From the NCBI GenBank assembly GCA_016744705.1, contig JADGDU010000015.1:49263-113262 (forward strand): a stretch of DNA of 64,000 bases, in the 5' to 3' direction. Positions within the stretch are counted from its first letter, which is position 1. The number at the start of each line of letters is the position of its first letter. The stretch is from Candidatus Krumholzibacteriia bacterium. Its GTDB lineage: Bacteria; Krumholzibacteriota; Krumholzibacteriia; LZORAL124-64-63. The notes below the pieces were generated by a model, which was not told the DNA's origin, made no database searches, and saw only the letters and a program-made list of their open reading frames with translations. The translations under genes were made by a program, and so were the position numbers. Positions 9,798-19,921 of this stretch are shown here, piece by piece.

Positions 9798-11930
9798 ATG
9801 AACAAGATGAACAGGGTGGCTGTCTTGGCCCTTCTGATGATTATGGTGGCGTCCCTCGTTGTAACGGGGCCAGCCACGGCTAAAAAGAAGTGGGAAAAAA
9901 TTGATATTCCCCAACTGAATGAAGTGAAGATGCCCGCTTTCGAGCGGGTTGAGTTGGACAACGGCATGGTCGTTTTCCTGGCCGAAGATCATAAATTTCC
10001 TCTGGTGCAATTGAATGCCACCATTGACGTGGGTAGCATTTACGAACCTGCTGATAAAGTGGGCCTGGCCGGTATGACCGGTTCGGTGATGCGCTCCGGC
10101 GGTACCGCCACCACCGATGGTGATGCTCTGGATGAGCTGGTGGAGTCTCGCGGTATGAGTGTGGAGACCTGGATTGGGCAATCCGATGGCGGAGCCTACC
10201 TCTCGGTCATGAAGGAAGACACCGGTCTGGGCATGGAATTGCTGGCCGATATCCTGATGAACCCCGCATTCCCCGAAGATAAAATCAAGCTGGCCAAAGA
10301 GGGCGAAAAAGCTGGTATCAGCCGCCGCAATGACGACCCCATGAGCATCGCCCGTCGCGAAGCCATGAAGGTTGTTTTTGGCGCAGACCATCCCATGGCG
10401 CGCCACACGGAATACGCTTCCATCGCCTCGGTGACCCAGGCCGACATGCAGGCTTTCCATGCTGACTGGTTTCATCCCGACCGGATGTACCTGGTGGTCA
10501 TTGGTGACTTCAAGAGCAAGGAAATGATCAAGCTGATCGAAGATTCCTTCGCTGGTTGGGAAAAAGCCACCAAGGCGCTGCCCGCCGATCCTGAAATCCA
10601 TGAATTCCCCCGCACGGTGAACATCGTGGACAAAGACGATTTGACCCAGACCACCGTGATCATGGGTCACAAGGGTATCCGCGCCGATAGCGAACACTAT
10701 GCTGGTGTGCTGGTGGCCAATCGCATTCTGGGTGGGGGCTTTGCCACCCGCCTGTTCAACGAAGTGCGCAGTCGCCAGGGTCTGGCCTATTCCGTGGGCA
10801 GTAGCCCTGGAACCGGTTTCCGTTTCCCCGGTCTGTTCATGGCTTTCACCATGACCAAGAGCGAATCCTGTGAGAAAGCCACCTCAGCTATTTTGGTGGA
10901 AATCCAGCGAATGCTGGACGAAGAAGTGACTGACGAAGAGCTTGAGCGGGCCAAAGACGGCATCCTCAACTCCGAGGTTTTCAGTTACGACACCAAGCGT
11001 GAAATCCTCAGCCGCATGGTTATGTTCGAACGCTATGGTTATGCTCCCGACTTCCTGAAACAATACCAGGAGTCTGTGAAAAACATGACCAAGGCTCAGG
11101 TGCTTGAGGCTTGCAACGCTGTATGGAACCCTGACCAGATGACCCTTCTGGCCGTGGGTAACTATGCTGACTTTGATGGCGACTTCAGCACCTTTGGTGC
11201 CGTGACTATGGTTGATATTGAAATCCCCGAACCTGCTCTGGATATTCCAGAAGCCACAGCTGCCAGCCTTGCCGCCGGTCAGAAAATTATGACCGCCAGC
11301 GCCGAAGCCAGTGGGGGAATCAAAAAGTTCACGGGCTTGAAGTCTCTTTACGAAGTCATCTCTCTGGATGCCACCATCCAGGGTATGGAACTGACTTTCA
11401 CCACTGAAAAAACAGTGCAATATCCTAACAAGGTGTACTCTCTGACCAAAACTCCTTTTGGAAATCAGGAAATGGCTATCAGTGGAGATAGTGGTTGGGC
11501 CAGTGGTCCTCAAGGGACTCGTGACATTGAAGGTGAAGATCTGGTTTCGGCAAAAGATGAGCTGAAAACAGATACCATCGGTGTTTTCCGCAATCTGGGA
11601 AGTCTGCAGTGCCAGGCTCTGGAGCCCACCAAGGTGGACGGCGCCATGTGCAACCCGGTGCATGTCTCTGGCATTGGTGACAGCTACCAGATCTTCTTCC
11701 TGGACGCCGGTACAAATCTGGTAAAGATGGTGCAGTCACCTGGGCAGTCGCCTATGACTGGCGCTCCTGTGACTCAGAAAATTTACGTGGATGAGTACCA
11801 GGAACTTGATGGCTTCAACATGCCTAAGGTTATCCGCATGACTTATGATGACGAGCCGTTTGCCACAGGAACGGTTAAGGAATTCAAAGCGAATCCCAAA
11901 GTGGATTCCGGGTTGTTCAAGAAGAAATAG
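9798..11930 (+). CDS. M16 family peptidase-like protein, probable non-catalytic partner (no HxxEH), secreted, with C-terminal extension
   Basis: M16-like fold (DVGSIYEP...GLAGMTGSVMRSGGT) lacking the HxxEH motif. A signal peptide is present. It is immediately downstream of the active M16 gene. Confidence 0.65.
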   Translation: MNKMNRVAVLALLMIMVASLVVTGPATAKKKWEKIDIPQLNEVKMPAFERVELDNGMVVFLAEDHKFPLVQLNATIDVGSIYEPADKVGLAGMTGSVMRSGGTATTDGDALDELVESRGMSVETWIGQSDGGAYLSVMKEDTGLGMELLADILMNPAFPEDKIKLAKEGEKAGISRRNDDPMSIARREAMKVVFGADHPMARHTEYASIASVTQADMQAFHADWFHPDRMYLVVIGDFKSKEMIKLIEDSFAGWEKATKALPADPEIHEFPRTVNIVDKDDLTQTTVIMGHKGIRADSEHYAGVLVANRILGGGFATRLFNEVRSRQGLAYSVGSSPGTGFRFPGLFMAFTMTKSESCEKATSAILVEIQRMLDEEVTDEELERAKDGILNSEVFSYDTKREILSRMVMFERYGYAPDFLKQYQESVKNMTKAQVLEACNAVWNPDQMTLLAVGNYADFDGDFSTFGAVTMVDIEIPEPALDIPEATAASLAAGQKIMTASAEASGGIKKFTGLKSLYEVISLDATIQGMELTFTTEKTVQYPNKVYSLTKTPFGNQEMAISGDSGWASGPQGTRDIEGEDLVSAKDELKTDTIGVFRNLGSLQCQALEPTKVDGAMCNPVHVSGIGDSYQIFFLDAGTNLVKMVQSPGQSPMTGAPVTQKIYVDEYQELDGFNMPKVIRMTYDDEPFATGTVKEFKANPKVDSGLFKKK

Positions 11931-11955
11931 CCTTAGAGATATTCCTGCCTTAAAG

Positions 11956-11990
11956 AGCCCGGGCCGTCATCAGACGGCCCGGGCTTTTCT
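11956..11990 (+). terminator. Rho-independent terminator after the M16 pair
   Basis: gagcccgggccgtc-atcag-acggcccgggct followed by tttct. Confidence 0.55.
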
Positions 11991-12061
11991 TGTGGTGGGC
12001 TTTCCCCTCTTGTGATACGATGGTTTCATATTTTGAGGGACTGTTCAAAGAGGGGGATTTC

Positions 12062-15000
12062 ATGAACAGGCTGATTTTCGTGTGTGCAATTGCTTTGGCA
12101 ATGATCGCCTTTGCTGTCCAGCCCATTCTGGCCCAAGACCAGTTGGGCATTTTTTTTGATGAAGAGGGGAACAGCAACTCCATCACCACCAGCACACCTT
12201 ACAGTCAGGTTTCGGCTTGGGTGCAACTGGTGGATCCCACGGCTGCGGAGGCTATCACCGGCTTCGAATTCCGGCTGGAAATTGGCACCGATGGCCCTGA
12301 TCCGATCCTTGTTTGGCAACTGCCTGTCATGGCCATCAACATTTTGGAAGAACCTTCATTTATGGTGGGTTTGGGTTCACCCCTGGCCATCGCGCCACGA
12401 GTGACCCTGGCAGAGTTGAATATTGTTGTGCCAGAGGCGGGGCAAACTGTTTGGCTCACTTTGCACCCTGTAGATACACCTTCCATGCTGGAGCCTGAGG
12501 GTTACGGTTATCCCGTTTGCCATCCTGTCTATTCTTTTGGTGAGGACAATGACTACCTGGCGATGCCTTCCAATTCCTCTTGCGAGTCTGCCCCGGTGGC
12601 TTCTCTTAATCCATCCGGACAGGCACCGCAATATCAGCTTTCGGAATTGCCTCCGGTGGTTGCCATCGGGTTGGAAAATGAAGAAAAGGTCATTGGTTCG
12701 CTTATTCTGACAAACCATGGCCCCGTCAGTTATTCCGGTGTGGTGTCGTCTACCGGGAGCACCCCTGTTCAAATTAATCTGGATGATCATTATTTCACAT
12801 CAGATTCCATCTCCTTCCAGGTTCCCGTGGGCGAAAGCATTCGCATCACTCCTAATTACAGCGGGGCCGGCTTCCTTGATGCCGTCTTGCAATTGGAAAT
12901 CTGTGGAGATGTGTGGGAGGTCCTGGTCTTAAGCGACGATGATTTGAAGCGCTGCGAGTGGAGTCCTGAGTTATTGGAATTTGGGGAAGTTTTCCAGGGC
13001 ACACCCGTATCTATGGAGGTTGAGTTAAAAAATACGGGTTATGTCGACTTGGTCATCCCCTACCAATTGTGGCAAGGACAGTTCAGGCTTGTGCGTAGGG
13101 ATCACACTATTGAGTTCTTGGATCCGGGAGAATCCTGCACTTATGAAGTGAATTTTTCTGCGGCCCAGATGGGAGACTCAGGCACAGTATTCAGCATTGA
13201 AAACCTGTGTTTTCTGACTGTAACTGCTACGGTCATACCTGGTCCTGCCGAATGCTCGGTCTCTGTCTCGACATTGGATTTCGGCGATTTTTATCTCGGG
13301 CAAGCTGCCGATAGCGAATCCTTTTCCATCCGAAATGTTGGCGGTGGTATTCTGGATGGATCCCTTGCTTTGATCGATACCACCGGGGCCTTTCAGCTCA
13401 GCAGTTGGTGTGAAACCAGCTATTCTCTGGTTCATTCCCAGCCCCATAACATTGGGGTTGAGTTTAACCCTTCAGCGGTAGGGAACTATAGCGCGGAAAT
13501 CGATTTGGGTTCTAGCTGCGGTAGTATTCAAATCACCGGAACGGCCATTGAAAGTGAACCTGAATGCCTTCTGTATGGCTACCCATATGCGGACGGGGTT
13601 CTGCCAATGCGCGCCATTCCCGTTGGTGGGGAGCGATTCGAATTTTTCCGGATCCGAAATGTTGGTGGCGGGATTTTGGCAGGTGAAGTCACCCTGGAAG
13701 ATACGACTGGGCTTTTTGAAATTCGTAGCAGTTTGGATTACTCCCTGGCCCACAACGGTTACATTTATGTCAGTGTGACATTCACTCCTCAGGAGGTTGG
13801 AGTCGTCTCAACAATTTTGCACACCGGGTCCATTTGTGGAGATGTCTTGGTGGTTGGTGAGGGGCTGGAGTCTTATGAAGACTGTTATTCCAGAATGTAT
13901 GCCAGGGAGTTCAACCGAGTGGCGGTGGGTGATACGGCGTATACTTCCGTATTGATTTACAATATCGGTTATACCGAATTGCATGGCGACTTCACGGTGG
14001 ATGGGGACAGTTTCGAAATGGCAAATCCCGGACCGTTTAGTTTGCCGGTCAATGGCAGTCTCTATGAATCTCTTCTGTTCATACCCCAAGCTGTTGGGGA
14101 GTTTGATGCTACTGTTTCCACAGGGCTTGACAGTTGCCCCGGCCATTGGGATGTGACGGGTTTGGCTGTTCCCGCGGGATCGGATCGCCTGGGGTTCTAC
14201 ATGGATCCGGAAGGCACAACCAATATCCTGGATACCTCCACACCCAAGGTTCGGGAAACAGTTTATGTTGTTTTAAAAAATCCCAGTGTGGGAGAATCAT
14301 TGGACAGTTGGTACCTCAACCATTGGACCAATGGCCCCGCCCTGACCATGGACGATTGGAGCACCTCTTTGCCTGGGCAGATCGAAGGTTCCAGTTATTC
14401 CAAGCGTTTTGAGGCCGATACACCGGTGCTCTTTTCGGAAACCATGGTGTTGGCGGAATTCTCTCTGTTAGTTCATGATTATACCGAGGCCAGCAAGGTA
14501 TCCATGGGATATGCCTGCTACTATCATGAAGGGCCGTTCTCCAATCATGTGAGAATTAACGATCCGGGCGACCTCTATATCAATTTCGACAAAAGCATGT
14601 TGAGTAACCTTCCGGCCACACCTTTGGCTGAACTCACCGGCAGCGCCGTGCAAATGACCTGGCCCTGTTCCCACTCCAATTTTGAAGGCTTCCATGTGTA
14701 CCGGCGCCTCGAAGGCGAGGTGGCGGAAAAGATGACCACGGACCCGATTTCCTGCCAAGAGGGGGTTGCCAGGTACGAAGACAAAGGCTGGGTTGCTGCA
14801 TGGGGCCGTGCATTTTATTCAGTTACAGCAGTGCATCAGGGCAAAGAGGGGCTGCCAAGCGAAGAAGTGGTGGTGGAATTTTCTCCTCAGGAAGACGAAA
14901 GCGCCCTTCCCGAACGCACTCGTTTGCTGGCCATCTATCCCAATCCCTTCAACCCGGCCGCTCACATCTCTTTCGAATTGGATCAGCCCGGCCTGGTGCA

Positions 15001-15190
15001 AATTCAAATCTACGATGTGGGAGGACGCTTGGTCCGCAGCCTGACAAACCGGCAGTTTGAGGCTGGTCAGTCTGAAGAAATCTGGAATGGACGGGATGAC
15101 GCAGGAAGGTCTGTGCCCAGCAATGTGTATTATGCCAGGATGAGGGCAGGAGCCGTAGTGCAGATGCAGAAAATGACGCTGTTGAAATAG
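12062..15190 (+). CDS. Large secreted T9SS cargo protein with repeated choice-of-anchor-D-like domains and C-terminal T9SS sorting domain
   Basis: Signal peptide MNRLIFVCAIALAMIAFAVQPILAQ. Repeated 'IRNVGGGIL(D/A)G...TTG(A/L)F(Q/E)' modules. The C-terminus 'LLAIYPNPFNPAAHISFELDQPGLVQIQIYDVGGRLVRSL...' is a Por_secretion-tail type-A CTD. The N- and C-proximal segments are related (LGIFFDEEGNSNSITTSTP / LGFYMDPEGTTNILDTSTP). Confidence 0.75.
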   Translation: MNRLIFVCAIALAMIAFAVQPILAQDQLGIFFDEEGNSNSITTSTPYSQVSAWVQLVDPTAAEAITGFEFRLEIGTDGPDPILVWQLPVMAINILEEPSFMVGLGSPLAIAPRVTLAELNIVVPEAGQTVWLTLHPVDTPSMLEPEGYGYPVCHPVYSFGEDNDYLAMPSNSSCESAPVASLNPSGQAPQYQLSELPPVVAIGLENEEKVIGSLILTNHGPVSYSGVVSSTGSTPVQINLDDHYFTSDSISFQVPVGESIRITPNYSGAGFLDAVLQLEICGDVWEVLVLSDDDLKRCEWSPELLEFGEVFQGTPVSMEVELKNTGYVDLVIPYQLWQGQFRLVRRDHTIEFLDPGESCTYEVNFSAAQMGDSGTVFSIENLCFLTVTATVIPGPAECSVSVSTLDFGDFYLGQAADSESFSIRNVGGGILDGSLALIDTTGAFQLSSWCETSYSLVHSQPHNIGVEFNPSAVGNYSAEIDLGSSCGSIQITGTAIESEPECLLYGYPYADGVLPMRAIPVGGERFEFFRIRNVGGGILAGEVTLEDTTGLFEIRSSLDYSLAHNGYIYVSVTFTPQEVGVVSTILHTGSICGDVLVVGEGLESYEDCYSRMYAREFNRVAVGDTAYTSVLIYNIGYTELHGDFTVDGDSFEMANPGPFSLPVNGSLYESLLFIPQAVGEFDATVSTGLDSCPGHWDVTGLAVPAGSDRLGFYMDPEGTTNILDTSTPKVRETVYVVLKNPSVGESLDSWYLNHWTNGPALTMDDWSTSLPGQIEGSSYSKRFEADTPVLFSETMVLAEFSLLVHDYTEASKVSMGYACYYHEGPFSNHVRINDPGDLYINFDKSMLSNLPATPLAELTGSAVQMTWPCSHSNFEGFHVYRRLEGEVAEKMTTDPISCQEGVARYEDKGWVAAWGRAFYSVTAVHQGKEGLPSEEVVVEFSPQEDESALPERTRLLAIYPNPFNPAAHISFELDQPGLVQIQIYDVGGRLVRSLTNRQFEAGQSEEIWNGRDDAGRSVPSNVYYARMRAGAVVQMQKMTLLK

Positions 15191-15250
15191 AAAAAATCTG
15201 GTCTCTATTGACCAATGATACGATCGGTGGTATTCTGTCCACCGGTATGA

Positions 15251-15343
15251 ATTATAGCTGCTTCATGGTCTACCTGGGGAATTACGAGAAGTGCGCGAGC
15301 TTCGATATTTCTCAGGGTTGTCGCCAATGAAGCAGCTATAGTT
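15251..15343. repeat. Near-perfect ~16-bp inverted repeat (aattatagctgcttcat...atgaagcagctatagtt) flanking a ~60-bp loop in a 415-bp lower-GC intergenic region
   Basis: Direct reading: 15251-15267 and its reverse complement at 15327-15343. Confidence 0.5.
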
Positions 15344-15606
15344 ATATTATAGCATGTTTGGTTACTCCGGGTCCATTAAAATGACAAAACTTAAAGAAAA
15401 CTATTGATATTGTCGATTGTTTGGCCTCTTGGATGCTCCATTTAGTCCTGAAATTCCTGGAAAACCCTCAAATATCCTGAATAAACCCTTTGTTGGCTGG
15501 GTATGTCTTTTATGATGAAACACGCTGGCTGATGCTGCGTATCATGAAGAGGCTGGGGTGAAAGGTATTTTCCCTGCCCCAACGGCTTCAAACCTGGGAG
15601 TGAATC

Positions 15607-15879
15607 ATGGGTCTATTGGAATTAATCGTTGTTTTATCCATTTTGATGGTGGCCATGAGCGTGGGTTTATTGCTTTTGAAATTCGTTTTTGCCCTGGTAT
15701 TGCTGCCATTCAAATTGGTGTTTTTCCTGACCAAAGGTTTGGTGGGATTGCTTTTCCTGGTGCCCATGTTGCTCATTGGCGGGGTTCTGCTTACGGCCGT
15801 GCTTCCCCTGGGCATATTGGTTCTATTGTTACCCGTGATCATTCTCGGCGGCATCACCGTCAGTCTGGTTTCGGCCTAA
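15607..15879 (+). CDS. Small (90 aa) highly hydrophobic membrane protein, unknown function
   Basis: ORF MGLLELIVVLSILMVAMSVGLLLLKF... consists almost entirely of L/V/I/G TM-like segments and follows a GGAG-like RBS. No homolog was recognised. Confidence 0.35.
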   Translation: MGLLELIVVLSILMVAMSVGLLLLKFVFALVLLPFKLVFFLTKGLVGLLFLVPMLLIGGVLLTAVLPLGILVLLLPVIILGGITVSLVSA

Positions 15880-16433
15880 CGTTTTTTCATGCTGATGGTT
15901 AAGGCAAAGGTGGCCACCGGTTCATCCTGCAATTTGTCCGGCACCGTGGCCACCACTTCCACAGTGTCTTCTTCTCGTTCGCCGCTGGTTTCCGCACGCT
16001 CCAGCAGAGCGGCCAGTTTTTGGCCGTCGTGGCAGGTGAAAACCACATCCCCTTCGGCCCTCTTGAGGAACTGAGCCTGGAAATCTTTGAACAGGAAAGA
16101 GACTCGGCTACGCCGCACCCTAATCATATTCATGACGATCAACCCGCCGGCCATATCCGCTCCCACGCAAAGAGCCCCAAAGTACATGGTGCGCAGATGA
16201 TTTTTAACTACCCAGGTCAGAGGAATTCTGATGATGCAGGTTTCAGCATCGGCTTGGACAATAGTGGGCCGCACCAGGGCGATGAGGGGAATTTTCACCA
16301 ATGCGAAGAGGCGGATGCTCCAGGTGGCTTTGATCATTTCCCAGTTGGGCATGGGGGGCTCCAGGGTTGCTCGGTGTCGGAAAATTGGAAATACTGGCCC
16401 CTCAACAAAACACACGGGCTGAATGTTGTCCAA
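15876..16433 (-). CDS. Hotdog-fold thioesterase-like protein (DUF4442/YiiD C-terminal-like)
   Basis: WEMIKATWSIRLFALVKIPLIALVRPTIVQADAETCIIRIPLTWVVKNHLRTMYFGALCVGADMAGG resembles the DUF4442 hotdog family. The real start may be the internal MPNWEM. It is divergent from icmF. Confidence 0.4.
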   Translation of the reverse strand: MDNIQPVCFVEGPVFPIFRHRATLEPPMPNWEMIKATWSIRLFALVKIPLIALVRPTIVQADAETCIIRIPLTWVVKNHLRTMYFGALCVGADMAGGLIVMNMIRVRRSRVSFLFKDFQAQFLKRAEGDVVFTCHDGQKLAALLERAETSGEREEDTVEVVATVPDKLQDEPVATFALTISMKKR

Positions 16434-16495
16434 TAGCCCTTATCTGTGTTATTTTTGGGGAAACAATATCTCTCTCCTAAAGGAAAACTGAAAAT

Positions 16496-19400
16496 ATGTC
16501 TTTGGAAGCTTACAGTCCTGATAACCATGTCCGCATCGTCACGGCCGCCAGCTTGTTCGACGGCCATGACGCCGCCATCAATATCATGCGCCGCATTCTC
16601 CAGGCCAGTGGGGTCGAGGTCATCCACCTCGGCCATAACCGCTCGGTCAAAGAAATCGTAGATTGCGCCATTCAGGAAGACGCCCAGGGCATCGCCATCA
16701 CCAGTTATCAGGGTGGGCATGTGGAGTATCTGAAGTACATGTTCGATTTGCTGAAAGAGGCTGGGGCCAACATCCGCATCTTTGCCGGTGGCGGGGGGAC
16801 CATCTTACCGGTGGAGATTGATGAGCTGCAGGAGTATGGCATTGCCCGTATTTTTTCTCCCGACGACGGACGCAGCCTGGGCCTGCAAGGCATGATCAAC
16901 GAAGTTTTGCAGCAGTGCGATTTTGCCGTGGGGGTAGAGCCCTCAACTGCGAACTTAGCTGAAGACGGTGATCTCGGCAGGCATTTGAAACAACTGGAAA
17001 GCCGCGATCCCCGGGCTCTGGGACGACTCATCTCTGTAGCCGAAAACCACCCCGATGCCGGGGATGATCTGATGGAGGCGGTGCAGACTGCCGGCGCAAA
17101 AATTGCGGATGGAAAAACCATTCCGGTGCTGGGCATCACTGGCACTGGTGGTGCAGGGAAAAGCTCTCTGGTGGACGAACTCGTGCGGCGTTTCCTGGAC
17201 GATTTCAAAGACAAGACCATCGCCATTGTTTCGGTGGATCCTTCCCGGCGCCGCAGCGGTGGGGCGTTGCTGGGTGACCGTATCCGTATGAATGCCATTG
17301 ATGACCCCCGGGTGTATATGCGTTCTCTGGCCACTCGTCAGTCAAATCTGGCTCTCTCTAAGTACGTGCGCCAGAGCATCGACATCTGCAAAGCCGCCAG
17401 CTTCGATCTGGTCATTGTAGAAACCAGTGGCATCGGCCAAAGCGATACCGAAATCACCGAACATTCAGATGTGGCTTTGTACGTGATGACTGCTGAATAC
17501 GGGGCGGCCACCCAGCTCGAAAAAATCGATATGCTGGACTTTGCCGACCTCATCGCCATCAACAAATTTGACCACCGGGGCAGCCTTGACGCCCTGCGGG
17601 ATGTGCGAAAGCAATACCGCCGCAACCACAATCTTTTCGAAGGCGATGATGAAAGTTTGCCTGTGCATGGCACCATCGCTTCCCAGTTCAACGACCCCGG
17701 CATGAACCAACTTTACTTGTCCATCATGGACAGTTTGGTGGAGCGCACCGGTGCTGATCTGAAGTCTGATTTCCAACTGACTGAAGCCATGAACAAACGG
17801 GCCTTTATCATCCCGCCCGAACGGAATCGCTACCTGGCAGAGATTCGCGACGACAACCATCGGTACAATGATTTTGTGGACCAGCAGTGCGCCATCGCCC
17901 GTCAGATGTTTCAATTGGATGGGACCATCAATCTGCTCCGGGAGAAGGCCGAGGATGAGCCCTCTTATTTGGGCGAGCTGCAGTCTCTTTACACTGAGTT
18001 GGAAGACCGCCTGGACCGGGACTGCCACAAGCAGTTGAAAAACTGGCCCCAGTTGGTGGAAGCCTACAAGGCCGACAAATTTGTATTCCAAGTTCGCAAC
18101 AAAACCATCGAGCAAGACCTGACGAGCACTTCTCTGAGCCACACACGCATTCCCAAAGTTTGCCTGCCCCGGTACGAAGACTGGGGCGACGTTCTGCGTT
18201 GGATTTTGACTGAAAACGTACCCGGATTTTTTCCTTATGCCGCAGGGGTTTTCCCACTCAAGCGCGAAGGCGAAGATCCCACTCGCATGTTTGCCGGCGA
18301 AGGTGGCCCTGAGCGCACCAACCGCAGGTTCCACTATGTGTCGCTGGGTATGCCTGCGGCGCGTCTTTCCACGGCCTTTGATTCGGTGACGCTTTACGGT
18401 GAAAACCCTGATCCTCGCCCGGATATTTACGGCAAAGTGGGCAACAGTGGCGTGAGCGTGGCCACTGTGGATGATGCCAAAAAGCTATATTCCGGTTTTG
18501 ATCTGGCAGACCCCAAAACCAGTGTTTCCATGACCATTAATGGACCTGCGCCTATGATGTTGGCCTTTTTTATGAATGCGGCCATCGATCAGGGATGTGA
18601 AAAACACATCATTGAAAACGGTATGCAGGCCGAGGTGGAAGCAAAGATTGAAGCCATTTACAAAGGCAGGAAACGCCCTACCTATCAAGGTGATTTGCCA
18701 GAAGGCAATAACGGCCTGGGGTTGATGCTTCTGGGTGTTAGTGGCGACCAGGTCCTGGATGCGGAGGTTTACCAGAAGATCAAAGCCGAAACTCTGTGCG
18801 CGGTGCGGGGAACCATTCAGGCGGACATCCTCAAAGAAGACCAGGCCCAGAACACCTGCATCTTCTCTACGGAATTTGCCCTGCGCATGATGGGTGATAT
18901 CCAACAGAACTTCATCGACAGTGGTGTGCGGAATTTCTACTCTGTTTCCATCAGCGGTTACCACATTGCCGAGGCCGGAGCCAATCCCATCAGCCAGCTG
19001 GCCTTCACCTTGGCCAACGGGTTCACCTTTGTGGAGTATTATCTTTCACGGGGCATGTCTATCGACAGCTTTGCGCCCAACCTTTCTTTCTTCTTCAGCA
19101 ACGGCATGGATCCTGAGTATTCAGTTATGGGCCGGGTGGCGCGCCGCATTTGGGCCAAGGCCATGAAGATGAAATACGGGGGCAACGAACGCAGCCAAAA
19201 ACTGAAGTACCATATCCAAACCAGTGGCCGCAGCTTGCACGCCCAGGAAATCGCCTTCAACGATATCCGCACCACGCTTCAGGCTCTGTACGCCATTTAC
19301 GACAACTGTAACAGCTTGCACACCAATGCCTATGATGAGGCCATCACCACGCCCACCGAAGAGAGTGTGCGCCGGGCTATGGCCATCCAGATGATCATCA

Positions 19401-19906
19401 ACAAGGAGTTGGGTCTGGCGCGGAACGAGAACCCATTGCAGGGTTCCTTCATCATCGAAGAACTGACCGACCTGGTGGAAGAAGCGGTGCTGACAGAATT
19501 TGCCAGCATCAGTGAGCGCGGCGGTGTGTTGGGGGCCATGGAACGCATGTACCAGCGCACGAAAATCCAGGAAGAATCCCTGCATTATGAGTCCCTGAAA
19601 CATTCGGGAGAGATGCCCATCATTGGGGTCAACACGTATCTTGATCCGGCTGGTTCACCGACCATCATTCCCAGTGAAGTGATCCGCTCCACGGAGACCG
19701 AGAAACAGTATTCCATTGAGTCGCTCAATGCCTTCCATGAGCGCAATGCCGGTCAGGCTTCGGAAGCATTGGCCAAGTTGCGGCAGGTTGCGGTGGAACA
19801 TGGCAATACTTTTGAAGCCATGATGGAGACTTCCAAAACTTGTTCCATGGGGCAAATATCCCGGGCTCTTTATGGAGTGGGCGGGCAATATCGCCGGAAT
19901 ATGTAG
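16496..19906 (+). CDS. icmF: Fused isobutyryl-CoA mutase IcmF (N-terminal B12-binding domain + MeaB-like G-protein + methylmalonyl-CoA-mutase-like catalytic domain)
   Basis: The N-terminus '[19 protein letters not shown]...' is a B12-binding DxHxxG-type domain. The P-loop '[17 protein letters not shown]' is MeaB/ArgK-like. The C-terminal ~550 aa carry mutase TIM-barrel motifs. The 1136-aa length fits IcmF. Confidence 0.8.
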   Translation: MSLEAYSPDNHVRIVTAASLFDGHDAAINIMRRILQASGVEVIHLGHNRSVKEIVDCAIQEDAQGIAITSYQGGHVEYLKYMFDLLKEAGANIRIFAGGGGTILPVEIDELQEYGIARIFSPDDGRSLGLQGMINEVLQQCDFAVGVEPSTANLAEDGDLGRHLKQLESRDPRALGRLISVAENHPDAGDDLMEAVQTAGAKIADGKTIPVLGITGTGGAGKSSLVDELVRRFLDDFKDKTIAIVSVDPSRRRSGGALLGDRIRMNAIDDPRVYMRSLATRQSNLALSKYVRQSIDICKAASFDLVIVETSGIGQSDTEITEHSDVALYVMTAEYGAATQLEKIDMLDFADLIAINKFDHRGSLDALRDVRKQYRRNHNLFEGDDESLPVHGTIASQFNDPGMNQLYLSIMDSLVERTGADLKSDFQLTEAMNKRAFIIPPERNRYLAEIRDDNHRYNDFVDQQCAIARQMFQLDGTINLLREKAEDEPSYLGELQSLYTELEDRLDRDCHKQLKNWPQLVEAYKADKFVFQVRNKTIEQDLTSTSLSHTRIPKVCLPRYEDWGDVLRWILTENVPGFFPYAAGVFPLKREGEDPTRMFAGEGGPERTNRRFHYVSLGMPAARLSTAFDSVTLYGENPDPRPDIYGKVGNSGVSVATVDDAKKLYSGFDLADPKTSVSMTINGPAPMMLAFFMNAAIDQGCEKHIIENGMQAEVEAKIEAIYKGRKRPTYQGDLPEGNNGLGLMLLGVSGDQVLDAEVYQKIKAETLCAVRGTIQADILKEDQAQNTCIFSTEFALRMMGDIQQNFIDSGVRNFYSVSISGYHIAEAGANPISQLAFTLANGFTFVEYYLSRGMSIDSFAPNLSFFFSNGMDPEYSVMGRVARRIWAKAMKMKYGGNERSQKLKYHIQTSGRSLHAQEIAFNDIRTTLQALYAIYDNCNSLHTNAYDEAITTPTEESVRRAMAIQMIINKELGLARNENPLQGSFIIEELTDLVEEAVLTEFASISERGGVLGAMERMYQRTKIQEESLHYESLKHSGEMPIIGVNTYLDPAGSPTIIPSEVIRSTETEKQYSIESLNAFHERNAGQASEALAKLRQVAVEHGNTFEAMMETSKTCSMGQISRALYGVGGQYRRNM

Positions 19907-19921
19907 CCGGGAAACGGGGCC

